A DNA stretch of 64,000 nt from positions 288,001 through 352,000 of the forward strand of contig CAXXVO010000007.1 in the NCBI GenBank assembly GCA_963422645.2. The letters run 5' to 3'. Below the pieces are notes generated by a model. That model did no database searches. It was not told the DNA's origin and worked only from the letters and a program-made list of their open reading frames with translations. Below, one piece after another: positions 51,781-61,262 of this stretch. The position numbers and the translations under genes are program-made. Every line of letters begins with the position of its first letter. Positions within the stretch are counted from its first letter, which is position 1. Source of the stretch: Alphaproteobacteria bacterium. GTDB taxonomy: Bacteria > Pseudomonadota > Alphaproteobacteria > UBA828.

Positions 51781-54096
51781 ATGGCAGAGATTCACCTAGC
51801 GGGCTATTGCGACCGCTTCAGCGCGCGGCCGGGCGAGCGGCTCGACATCATGGTGAGCGCGGAGGGCACGGACCGGGTCGAGCTCCAGCTGGTGCGCCTG
51901 ATCCACGGCGACGAGAACCCGGAAGGCCCCGGCTTCGTCGAGCGCGAGGTGGAGGCACCAGTGAACGGCACGCATGCCGTGGCCAAGCAACACATTCAAC
52001 TCGGGAGCTTCGTCCGGGTCGCGGATCCGGCGGGCCGGCTTGCCGCGAGCGGCCCCCTCACCCTCTGGGCCTACATTTGGCCCCGAACGCCGGCGGACGG
52101 CCGCCAGGGCATCCTTACCCGCTGGCAGGATTCCGACGGCAGCGGCTACGCCTTCGGCATCGGCGAGAAGGGCGCGCTGGAGTTCCGGATGGGCGACGGC
52201 GCCGGCAACACGGACGCGCTCTCCGCCGACGTCCCGCTCCTCGCGCGCCAGTGGTACTTGGTGGCGGCCTCCTACGATCCCGCGAGCGGTGAGGCCACGC
52301 TCTATCAGGAGCCGATCGAGAACCGCTACAGCAACCACCTCTCCAAGATCGTGCCTCTGCCGCGCTCCTGCCATGCGAGCGCGCGGCTTGCGGTCAAGCC
52401 GGCGGCGGATGCGGACTTCCTGTGGGCCGCCACGGGCGACCGCGAGGCCGGGCGGGGCGCCTTTGCCAGCCAGCTCTACAACGGCAAGATCGACCGTGCG
52501 GGCGTAGCGGGGGCGGTGCTGGGGCGCGATGCGCTCGACCGCGCGCGGGAGGCGGGCGGCGCGCCGGCAACCGACGCCGTCATCGCCGCCTGGGACACCA
52601 CGGCCGGCTACAGCGAGACCGGCATCGGCGATGAGGTGATCGACACAGGGCCCCACGGGCTCCACGGCACGGGCGTCAACCGGCCGGTGCGGGGCATGAC
52701 CGGCTTCAACTGGAACGGCCACGACGACTGCTTCCGCTACGCCCCGGATCAGTTCGGCGGCATCGAGTTCCACGAGGATTCGCTCGCCGACTGCGGCTGG
52801 GAGCCCACCCTTTCCATGGAGGTGCCGGACGTGAAGAGCGGCGTCTACGCCGCGCGGCTAAGGGCGGGCGATGCGGAGGAGCACGTGGTCTTCTTCCTCC
52901 GGCCCAGGGAACCCACCGCCCCCATCGCCATGCTGATGCCGACCTGCAGCTACCTCGCCTACGCCAACGAGCGCATCGGCCTCGACACCGGCATGGCCCA
53001 GGTGCTGAGCAGCCAGGTGACGGTGATCCACGAATGGGACGTGGCGTTGAGGCAGCGGCCGGAATACGGCGCCTCCTGCTACGACAGCCACCGGGACGGC
53101 GCGGGCGTCTGCTACTCCACCCGGCTCCGGCCGATCCTCAACATGCGGCCCAGGCACCGCATGGCGCCCACGGTCGTGCCCTGGCAGTTCCCGGCCGACC
53201 TCTCGATCATCTATTGGCTCGAGACCATGGGCTTCGACTACGACGTGATCACCGACGAGGACCTGCACCAGGAGGGCCTGGCCTGCCTCGAGCCCTACAA
53301 CGTCGTCATCAACGCGACGCATGCCGAGTACTATTCCGAGCGCATGATGGACGCGACCGAGGACTATCTCGCGTCCGGCGGCCGGCTCATGTACCTCTCG
53401 GGCAACGGCTATTACTGGGTGGTCTCCTTCCGCGCGGGCGACATGGACGTGATGGAGGTGCGCCGGCTCGACATGGGCACGCGGGCCTGGAACGCCGAGC
53501 CCGGCGAACACTACATGGTGAGCAACGGGGAGCGCGGCGGCCTCTGGCGCGGGCGCGGGCGGGCGCCCCAGAAGCTCCTCGGCACCGGGTTTACCTCCGA
53601 GGGCATGGACGAATCCAAGCCCTACCGCAAGATGCCGGATGCCGAGAACCCCGCCGCGGCCTGGATCTTCGATGGCGTCGACGGCGACATCATCGGCGAC
53701 CAGGGCCTTGCCGTGGGCGGCGCCGCCGGCATCGAGTTCGACCGCTACGACCTGGCGCTGGGCACCCCGCCGCACACGCTGATCCTCGCCTCATCCGAGG
53801 GCCATTCGGACAACTTCCCCCTGGTGGTGGAGGACATCCTCTGCAACTACCCCGGCATGGGCGGCACTCAGGACCACCGCATCCGCGCGGACATGACCTA
53901 CTTTACAACGCCAAACGAGGGCGCGGTGTGGTCCGCCAGCTCCATCGCCTGGGGCCAGGCCCTCCCCATCAACGCCTGCGACAACAGCGCGTCGAAGGTG
54001 ACAGCCAACGTGCTCAACGCGTTCATGCGAGAGGGGCCACTGCCGGGGGGTGGGGGAAGACCTAAGGGTAGCGGGAAAGGAGTGACGAACGAATAA
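51781..54096 (+). CDS. N,N-dimethylformamidase large-subunit family protein
   Basis: GYCDRFS..PGE, LamG-like domain, YLAYANE, YDSHRDG, HAEYYS, YLSGNGYYW, RADMTYF. Confidence 0.9.
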   Translation: MAEIHLAGYCDRFSARPGERLDIMVSAEGTDRVELQLVRLIHGDENPEGPGFVEREVEAPVNGTHAVAKQHIQLGSFVRVADPAGRLAASGPLTLWAYIWPRTPADGRQGILTRWQDSDGSGYAFGIGEKGALEFRMGDGAGNTDALSADVPLLARQWYLVAASYDPASGEATLYQEPIENRYSNHLSKIVPLPRSCHASARLAVKPAADADFLWAATGDREAGRGAFASQLYNGKIDRAGVAGAVLGRDALDRAREAGGAPATDAVIAAWDTTAGYSETGIGDEVIDTGPHGLHGTGVNRPVRGMTGFNWNGHDDCFRYAPDQFGGIEFHEDSLADCGWEPTLSMEVPDVKSGVYAARLRAGDAEEHVVFFLRPREPTAPIAMLMPTCSYLAYANERIGLDTGMAQVLSSQVTVIHEWDVALRQRPEYGASCYDSHRDGAGVCYSTRLRPILNMRPRHRMAPTVVPWQFPADLSIIYWLETMGFDYDVITDEDLHQEGLACLEPYNVVINATHAEYYSERMMDATEDYLASGGRLMYLSGNGYYWVVSFRAGDMDVMEVRRLDMGTRAWNAEPGEHYMVSNGERGGLWRGRGRAPQKLLGTGFTSEGMDESKPYRKMPDAENPAAAWIFDGVDGDIIGDQGLAVGGAAGIEFDRYDLALGTPPHTLILASSEGHSDNFPLVVEDILCNYPGMGGTQDHRIRADMTYFTTPNEGAVWSASSIAWGQALPINACDNSASKVTANVLNAFMREGPLPGGGGRPKGSGKGVTNE

Positions 54097-54195
54097 CGTC
54101 CTGAGCCCGAGACAGATAGTTCATGTAGATCTTTCGTAATTCCTGAGCGTCGGATGTATCTTCCGGTGAGATCCTGCGACACAGTTCAACGATTT

Positions 54196-56555
54196 TCAGA
54201 CTTCCTGACCTCTGCTGATTTTAGGTGACACGAGCCGCGCGGATTCCGAGGCCCCGTCGATGTCATAGACTATGCGCAGACGGGTGCCGGGGAAGACCGT
54301 TTCGGTGGCGTTCAGGTCGCTCAGAACCGCATCGATCCAACGGTCGCAGGCGTCGTTTGCGAGGCCAAGAATGTGGACCCGCAGGAGGCCATTGCCAGGA
54401 TCCGGCAGGATGTCGGCATCGGCGGTGAGCAGCGCTTGAAGCAGTTTCCGGGGATGGGGCTTGTGGCCCTGCGCCTGCATGACGGGAAGCATCATGCGGG
54501 TTTCGGCGCGGTAGGCGATCATCCGGATGACGTCGAGGAGGAGGCGCTCGCGCGCGGGCAAGGCATCGAGCTGCTCGGCTTCGTCGAGGTCGCCGGCCCG
54601 GCAGTGCTTGGGCGTCTCCCTGCGGCTGGCCCTGACGATGTCGCGGACATCCTGGAGGTCCCTGACTTCCCTCCTGAGTTCCGCCGTCGGCTGCTTCTTC
54701 CGGGCCGTGTCGGCGATGCGGTTGCGCAGGCGGCCAAGCTGGCGGTCGAGGCGATGGATTGCCTTGTCATAGGCCCGCCGCAGCGGGTTGACGACCATGG
54801 CGGCGGGATCGAGAGGCTCGAGCTCGTGGGTCGGCAGGGCGTCGAGATTGAACTCGTCACGCATGTACTTGAAGAAGTTCTCCTGCGACCAGCGCGAGAA
54901 CATGGCGCCCGCAACCTCAGCCATCGGCTTGTGCGGATCGGTGGTGATCAGCGGCACCTGACGGCCGTTGTCGAGCAGGCGGCGGATCTGGCGCACCCTG
55001 AAGCCGTTCGGCAACGTCACCGGCTTCTCAGCCAGCCGCATGGTGGCGCTGCCGTCCGCCGCCGGTCCGTGAATGGGAACGGTCATCGCGCCGAAGTCCT
55101 CGGCCGGCCAGTCCTCGCCCCTGAAGTTCTTGTGCCAGGTCAGGCAGGCGACGCCGCGCCTCGCCAGCCGGCGGAACAGATCCGGGCTCCAGCCCTCGCG
55201 GTCGAAGACCAGGGTGAGCGCCGGCTGGCCGGGATGCTCGGCGGTCAGGTCCGGCGCCCCGGCGCCAACGATCCCAAGCTCCTGCAGCGCCGGCACCACG
55301 TCGGCTTCGATGGCCGCGACCATCTTCGGGTCCAGCGGCTTGTGCAGACAGAGCAGCGGCTTGCCGCCCAGAGCGTTGATCCAGTAGCTGGCGCTCGCCG
55401 GCAGGCACAGCTTCTCGCGCGAGACGAAGTGCTTGGGCAAGCGCCCCTTGCGGCCGGAGTAGACCTTGACGTGCCCGTCGATGGCCAGCGTCGCCCAGAG
55501 CTCCGGCTCGTCGGCGCCTGCCAGCGCCTGGCAAGGGCGAGCTGCCACGCCCGCACGCCGGCCTCGTCGTCGGCGATGAGAGCGATCTTGCGGCGCAGCG
55601 TCTTGACCTCGGGGCAGCGATCGAGGCCGAGAATGGCGCCCCATTCGCCCGGCGCCTGGTAGCGCAGGCTCTCGGGGTTGCGCACCCGCGCCAAGGTCAT
55701 GAAGGCCAGGAAGAGCAGGATCGTAGGCAAGCCGTAATAGCCCTTCGGCAGCAATGGCAGGAGACCGGTCTCGGAGAGAAGACCTTCCTTCAGCAGGGCC
55801 GGCAGGGCGGCGAGCACGCCGCCGAAGCGGACACCGCGGGCGGCGGCGGCGAACTGCGGTTCGACCGGCCCCGCCTGTCCACAACTGGCCAGAACCCGAG
55901 CCGGAACATCGCAAGTCGCACGCCCCATCGGCGCCTGCCGGTCCCGCCGATCGCGCGCGCTGCGATCCGTTTGCGGCTGCGCTTCCAGCCCCGGCGCCGT
56001 CTCCGGCCCCGGGGCACCGGTACTCTCTTCATCGACACGGCCTTCAGGAGCCGCACCCGCGTCAGGCGGCGCAGCCAGCGCTGAGCGTCCGGGCTCCCCA
56101 TCCGCCTCCGTGTTGCCGATCAGTCCCTGACGGCGCCACTTGTTGACCGATGGCGCTGACACGCCGAGAACCCGGGCCGCCGCAGAGCCGCTCAGGCCCG
56201 ATGCCAGCAACGCCGTCGCCTTCTCCGCCAACTCCGGAGTGAACACCGACGGCCCGCGACCGCGCCGGGGCTTCATGAACCCCGCTTCGCCCTCGGCCAG
56301 GTAGCGCCGTCGTGCGCGCTGCACCGTCGCGCGCGAGACAGCGAAAGCGTCAGCCAGTTCCTGCGGCGAGACCGCGCTGATCGCCGCGAGGCGGCCGATC
56401 CGCAAGAGCATGGCCGTGCGGTCATCGGCGGCGTGGCTGTCAAAGGGAATGAGGTTGGAAAAGTAGGTGAAGGTGTCGTCCGAGATCAGGACGGCGAAGC
56501 AGCTGTTGCCGATCGAGACCGCCTCTGGAGGGCACATTGGGAGGGTACTGGGCAT
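54196..56555 (-). pseudogene. HTH + DDE transposase, same frameshift (about 55510-55521)
   Basis: Identical ORF pair on the minus strand. Confidence 0.8.
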
Positions 56556-56710
56556 GGTTGAGACCGTGCAATTGGTATCAAATTATACTATCAGACCTCG
56601 GGCGCGACACCCAGCGAAAAACCGCCTGAAACAACCGAAATGTATCAGAATTCAAGGAGTTCCCGGCACGCTGCCCAGAACAGCCAGCATCACGAGGTCA
56701 GGAAGTCTGA
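54196..56710 (-). mobile_element. Unassigned 2515-bp IS, copy 3 (inverted)
   Basis: Same TIRs and ORFs; one synonymous SNP seen near 54265. Confidence 0.92.
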
Positions 56711-58238
56711 GTATAGGGATCAGCTGCATCGGTTCCGGGTGCGCCAGGATTTGCAGGATGTTCCAGCCTTGCTTTCGAGCGGTGACGATGACGCTGCGCA
56801 TTCCGGCGAAGTTGCAGGCGCCTTGCAGGGAGCGGAAGCCGCCTGAGATCTTCTCATGCACTTTGTTCATACGGATGTCACGCTCCGCCTCGTTATTCGT
56901 GAACGGCGTGCGCAGGTCGGTGAGGAAGCGCAGGCAGCCCTCCTTATGCTTTTGAAGGCGGCGCGCGAGGTTGTGGCCGATGCGGCGTTTCTTTCGCCCT
57001 CGCTTTGCGATCTGGAGCGGCGGTTGGGCCTCATGGAAGGCGATGGCTTCTTCGAGGATACGGTCCCATGCCCTTGAGATGCGGGCCACCAGGGAGGCGG
57101 GGACTTGACGGTCTTTCTCACGGGCGAAGCGGGCGGCCCTGCGCGCGCGCTGAAGCAGGCGGTGCATGCTCGCCGCCCATTCCTCCTTCTCGATGTCGAT
57201 CAGGGCCTGGAGTTCGCGCAGGTGATGTGCGTTGCAGGCGCCGTGGCGGACGCCCTTGATGGTGAAGTAGGGGGCGAAGTCGTCGTGGACGAGGATGCCT
57301 TTCAGGTTCTTTTCGACATCGCCGCGTCCCTCGCCGATGCGCAGGACGGTGAGCAACGGGGTGCACAGCACATGGAGCCAGCGGGTACGGGCGGCGATAC
57401 GCAGGCCGGTCTCGTCGAGGTGCTTGACCGGCGCCTGCGTGCGGATCAGATCGGCGACATGGTCGAGGAAGCCCTCGAAGCGCTGCGCTGTGCGCCGGCC
57501 CATGGCGGCGATCGTGGCAGTGGAGATGGACACCGCGAAGATGTCGCTCATGAGTTCGGCCAGACGCTTCTCGGGCACGAACTGGGCGTACAGCAGGTAA
57601 CTCACCCAAGCGGTGATGCGAGGGCCGTACTGGACCGGGGCGGTGACGCCCGGCGGGAAGGCGGCTCGTGTCAGCGTGCCGCATGCGCCGCAGAGGCAGC
57701 GATGGGCGCGGTGTTCGGTGACCTCGAGAGGCTGCGGCTCGGGTACGTCGAAGACCTGCCGACAGGCGGGCGCGCCTTGCCGGTCGGCGTCCGAGAGCTC
57801 GACGCCACAGCCGGAACAGGTGGAGGGGTGGTGATCGACGACACGGTCCGGGCTGTCGCTCCGCGCGAGGGTGGTTCCCTTGTGGCCGGGCTGGCCGCCA
57901 CTGGGCCCGCCGGACTTTCCGCGCTGGCTTTGGGTGCGCCTCTGGGCTCCGCTTTTCTTCTTGAGCCCGTCGCTGGCGGGGGGCTTGCTGCTTGTGGTGC
58001 TGTTGAGGGCCGCGCTGCGCTCGAGTTCGGCGATGCGCTCGCGCAGGGCCGCGTTCTCCTGCTCGAGTGCGGCATTTTCCCGGGCGAGCGCGGTGGCTGA
58101 TCGCAGCAGCCCCTGCCCCCATTCCCGGACGGCAACGACGACAGTGGTTGCGAGGGATGATGGCTCGAGAAGCTCCTTCAGGCAGCAGAAGGCCTCGTTA
58201 CGGGCGGCGAGGTCTTCGTGCCAGTGCGACACCGTCAC
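56652..58238 (-). CDS. IS66-family transposase; last codon replaced by 17 aa read from the adjacent IS end
   Basis: SSKPPASDG, GGQPGHKG, HLDETG, VHDDF, FTNNEAERDIRM; GTG start overlaps the MTase stop. Confidence 0.88.
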   Translation of the reverse strand: MTVSHWHEDLAARNEAFCCLKELLEPSSLATTVVVAVREWGQGLLRSATALARENAALEQENAALRERIAELERSAALNSTTSSKPPASDGLKKKSGAQRRTQSQRGKSGGPSGGQPGHKGTTLARSDSPDRVVDHHPSTCSGCGVELSDADRQGAPACRQVFDVPEPQPLEVTEHRAHRCLCGACGTLTRAAFPPGVTAPVQYGPRITAWVSYLLYAQFVPEKRLAELMSDIFAVSISTATIAAMGRRTAQRFEGFLDHVADLIRTQAPVKHLDETGLRIAARTRWLHVLCTPLLTVLRIGEGRGDVEKNLKGILVHDDFAPYFTIKGVRHGACNAHHLRELQALIDIEKEEWAASMHRLLQRARRAARFAREKDRQVPASLVARISRAWDRILEEAIAFHEAQPPLQIAKRGRKKRRIGHNLARRLQKHKEGCLRFLTDLRTPFTNNEAERDIRMNKVHEKISGGFRSLQGACNFAGMRSVIVTARKQGWNILQILAHPEPMQLIPILRLPDLVMLAVLGSVPGTP

Positions 58239-59042
58239 GTGTCTTCGGCCTCGACGGCCATCATGGCGGCGAGCACGGCGAGGCGTTCGCCCGGCGGCAA
58301 GGCCTGGTAGCGCCGGCCCCAGTTGGCTGCCTTGCGCTTGATGCGCTGGCGGTCGGTGAAGTTCCGGCCTGCGTGGCTGGCCCAATGCATCCGGTCGGGG
58401 GCGTAGTTGAACCAGACGACCTCGGTTCGCACCAGACCCTGGGTCGTGACCTGCAGCGCCAGCCGGCGCCATCCCGCCAGCACCTCGTCATAGAGCGCCG
58501 ACGGATGGCCCGAGATCATGACCTGGCAGGGCAGAGCCTTGAGCAGCGCGAGAAGCGCGACGTGGCCGGCCTCCTCGTACTCGAAGCGGTAGCGCTGCGC
58601 CGAGCGGCGGGTCGCGTGCAGATAGGGCGGATCGCTGTAAACCAGCTCCGGGCCCAGGAACGGGAACGAGGCCAGGAAGTCATGGGCACAGCCGTGAACC
58701 AGATCGACCGGGTAGTCGCAGACGAAGGCCTCGAGCGCCTGCGCATCGCGGTCGATGCCGATCGAACGCACGGCCGGCGGCTTGCGCTTCATCAGCGCCC
58801 CGCCCCCAAGGTGGCTTTCGATGTAGACGGAGTGCGGCGGCATCAGCGCAATCAGCGCTTGGCACAGACCTGCTGTCGCCTTCGAGCCGAAATACCCCAT
58901 GGACCGCTCCCGTCACGCGAGAGAGCAGTCCATAGTCCCGCAACTCTATGAGGTCAAGAACCAATCGCGGTGGCAGAACCAGACCGCGGCCGCCGCCATA
59001 ATCACCGTCCTCAACTCAGGATTGGGGTACCTGGGTAGTTAC
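56711..59042 (-). mobile_element. IS66-family element 'B', left part (MTase + transposase); right 176 bp missing
   Basis: Left TIR GGGGTACCTGGGTAGTTAC at 59024-59042 pairs (18/19) with the right TIR at 20637. Confidence 0.9.
58235..58900 (-). CDS. Small DNA adenine methyltransferase (Dam/D12-like) inside IS66 'B'
   Basis: GYFGSK, motif I variant YIESHLGGGA, motif IV VYSDPPY, MISGHPSALY, RTEVVWFNY. Confidence 0.88.
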   Translation of the reverse strand: MGYFGSKATAGLCQALIALMPPHSVYIESHLGGGALMKRKPPAVRSIGIDRDAQALEAFVCDYPVDLVHGCAHDFLASFPFLGPELVYSDPPYLHATRRSAQRYRFEYEEAGHVALLALLKALPCQVMISGHPSALYDEVLAGWRRLALQVTTQGLVRTEVVWFNYAPDRMHWASHAGRNFTDRQRIKRKAANWGRRYQALPPGERLAVLAAMMAVEAEDT

Positions 59043-59176
59043 AAAACAACTTGAGAGTCCCCCTTTACTCCGATACCGACCCTTTCGTGATTGGTGATCT
59101 CTTGGATAGAGATCGCGGTTGCGCAATCGCCAATCTGGTACCGCCCGTTTCGTGCGATTGCTATGGGAAGGGTCAT
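59043..59176 (-). pseudogene. 5' fragment of a hypothetical gene truncated by IS66 'B'
   Basis: GAGGAG RBS overlapping the upstream stop; MTLPIAIARNGRYQIGDC... runs into the TIR. Confidence 0.45.
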
Positions 59177-59187
59177 CACGAATCTCC

Positions 59188-59415
59188 TCAGTGCCAGACA
59201 AGACGGGTGTCGTCGGCGATCGCGCTGATGTGCCCATCGAAGTCGACCAGACGGGAGACGAAGCGCCCGCGCAAGAGCCCCGCGCGGAACATCCGCTCTA
59301 GGAGCTGGCCAGCCTCAACGTCGTAGGGGGAGAAGGTTGCGACAAAGGGAGCAACCTTCACTCGGCCTTTGGCCAGTTCACTGCGAAGCTGCGTCATCAC
59401 GATGTTGGGGTTCAT
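59188..59415 (-). CDS. 75-aa hypothetical protein
   Basis: Strong AGGAGG RBS; promoter-like sequence upstream. Confidence 0.6.
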   Translation of the reverse strand: MNPNIVMTQLRSELAKGRVKVAPFVATFSPYDVEAGQLLERMFRAGLLRGRFVSRLVDFDGHISAIADDTRLVWH

Positions 59416-59448
59416 TCCGACCTCCTAACGTTGAACGTTGGAGGCCGA

Positions 59449-59477
59449 TTGACGCTCGGAGCGCGCGCGGCTAGATT
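59449..59477 (+). promoter_or_regulatory. Sigma70-like promoter, antisense to the 75-aa gene leader
   Basis: TTGACG-N17-TAGATT. Confidence 0.6.
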
Positions 59478-59531
59478 TGCCGTGTCGGCGACACCAAACT
59501 CCGCTGCGGCCTCACAGACTACTGCGGATGC

Positions 59532-59566
59532 CTTCGGGCCGAGAGTTGGAAGCTCTCGGCCCGAAG
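59532..59566. other. 14-bp perfect stem-loop between convergent promoters
   Basis: CTTCGGGCCGAGAG-TTGGAAG-CTCTCGGCCCGAAG. Confidence 0.85.
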
Positions 59567-59579
59567 TGCGTCTGAGGGG

Positions 59580-59608
59580 AGGCTAAGCCGCTACGGGTCG
59601 ACCGTCAA
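59580..59608 (-). promoter_or_regulatory. Sigma70-like promoter for the 75-aa gene
   Basis: Minus strand TTGACG-N17-TAGCCT. Confidence 0.5.
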
Positions 59609-59746
59609 GATGTAGTGGGTCAAGCGCTGCGTGCGCCGCTAGACAGGCCGTTTGAAGCTCGGGTTGAACCAACGCCCCCGTGGGACTCGTATCCCTAGGG
59701 GCGTTGCCGTTTCTAGCCCGGTTCCCCGAGAACCGTGCAGAAGCCC

Positions 59747-59778
59747 TTGACGCGACCCCGACTTGTGGCTAGTATAAT
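59747..59778 (+). promoter_or_regulatory. Sigma70-like promoter of the IS1595 transposase
   Basis: TTGACG-N17-TAGTAT overlapping TATAAT. Confidence 0.55.
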
Positions 59779-59801
59779 CGCCATAAATAGAGGGCAAGAA
59801 C

Positions 59802-60165
59802 ATGACGCAGAAGGCACCCGGACGCTCCCACCGCACAGGCATGACGGTCATGGAGCTGTTGCGGAAGTTCCCCGACGATGCCACTGCTGAGACGTGGTTC
59901 GAGGCCCAGCGCTGGCCCGAAGGCCGGTTCTGCCCCAACTGCGGCTCCACCAACACGGTCGTCGTCACGAGCCGGAAGCCCATGCCCTACCGCTGCCGGG
60001 ACTGCCGCCATCACTTCTCGGTGCGCAAGGGCACGGTCATGCAGTCCAGCAAGCTCGGTCTCCAGAAATGGGCCATCGCGCTCTACATGATGACCACGGG
60101 CATCAAGGGCACGTCGAGCATGAAGCTCTATCGCGAGGTCGGCATCCGGCAGGCCACCGCGTGGT
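59802..60165 (+). pseudogene. IS1595-family transposase, truncated by the Mu-like left end
   Basis: FPDDATAETWFEAQRWP, CPNC/CRDC, FSVRKGTVM, KGTSSMKL...TAW; DDE domain absent. Confidence 0.9.
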
Positions 60166-60331
60166 TGTAGACGGACGAAAGTCGTTGTGAATCGGGTCAA
60201 GGGGTGGAATCAGGCGGAATCGGGCGGAAGGTGGCGGAATCTCAAGGGGATGCGCGGCGGCACGGTGGCGGTGCGGCGGCTGGCGTGCGGACGGAAGTCT
60301 TTGCGAATCGGGCCGTGCAGAGGCCGTGAAT
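60166..60331 (+). mobile_element. Left end of a Mu-like transposable element
   Basis: TGTAGACGGACGAAAGTCGTTGTGAATCG at the terminus; second site CGGACGGAAGTCTTTGCGAATCG from 60288. Confidence 0.72.
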
Positions 60332-60533
60332 TGTCAATCGGCTTTCAATACTGACCCCCGATCGGCGTGCAAAATTGACCCCCCTGAGTGGCACGGCGGA
60401 GGTTGTCCCGGTAGCCAATAGGGGGGACCCGCGCGGCTTCGTGTGGCGCCCTGCGCTACGCGGAGCGAAGCCGCGTGGGGGGTCCCTGTTGGCCCACCGG
60501 GGCAACCGGGCCGCAAGGGAGGCCGGCGGCGGG

Positions 60534-61262
60534 TCAGGAGCGGTTCTTGAAGCGCCAGCTCTCGTTGCCGGTCTCGATGATCTCGCAATGATGGGTGAGG
60601 CGATCGAGCAGCGCTGTGGTCATCTTGGGGTCGCCGAAGACGGATGGCCATTCGCCGAAGGCGAGGTTTGTGGTGATGACGATCGAGGTGCGCTCGTAGA
60701 GCCGGCTCATCAGATGGAAGAGCAGCTGCCCACCGGCCTGGGCGAAGGGCAGGTAGCCGAGCTCGTCGAGGATGACGAAGTCGCGGCGGACGAGCTGGTC
60801 TGCAGTGCGGCCCTGGCGTCCGGCGCGAAGCTCGGCCTCGAGGAGGTTGACCAGGTCGACGACGTTGTAGCACCGGCCGCGCGCGCCCTTGCGGATGCAG
60901 GACCGCGCGATGGCGACGGCGAGATGGGTCTTGCCGGTACCGGTGCCGCCGACCAGCACGATGTTGCGTTTGCCCTCGAGGAAGCCGCCGCCGGCGAGCT
61001 CCTGGATCAGGGGCTCGTTGACCGGCGAGGCGGCGAAGTCGAAGTCGGCCAGCTCCTTGACCGTCGGCAGCTTGGCGGAGGCCATCTGGTACTTGATCGA
61101 GCGGGCCCTCTTGTCGGCGATCTCGACCTGCAGCAGCGTACCGATGATCTGTTGCACCGGATGGCGGCGCTTGAGCCCGTCGGCAAGGATGTCGTCGTAA
61201 GCGGCGCGCATACCTGCGAGCTTCAGCTGGGTCATCATCTCCAGCACATCATGACGCTCCAT
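60534..61262 (-). CDS. istB: IS21 helper ATPase
   Basis: [38 protein letters not shown]. Confidence 0.96.
   Translation of the reverse strand: MERHDVLEMMTQLKLAGMRAAYDDILADGLKRRHPVQQIIGTLLQVEIADKRARSIKYQMASAKLPTVKELADFDFAASPVNEPLIQELAGGGFLEGKRNIVLVGGTGTGKTHLAVAIARSCIRKGARGRCYNVVDLVNLLEAELRAGRQGRTADQLVRRDFVILDELGYLPFAQAGGQLLFHLMSRLYERTSIVITTNLAFGEWPSVFGDPKMTTALLDRLTHHCEIIETGNESWRFKNRS

Noticed and set aside
54060-54195. Lower-GC stretch with a short minus-strand open frame (IVELCRRIS...SRYP*)
   Set aside because: Probably the tail of a gene deleted by the IS; too short to identify
56652-58472. 606-aa ORF as an MTase-transposase fusion
   Set aside because: The N-terminal 78 codons are off-frame MTase sequence; the genes are separate with a GTGA overlap
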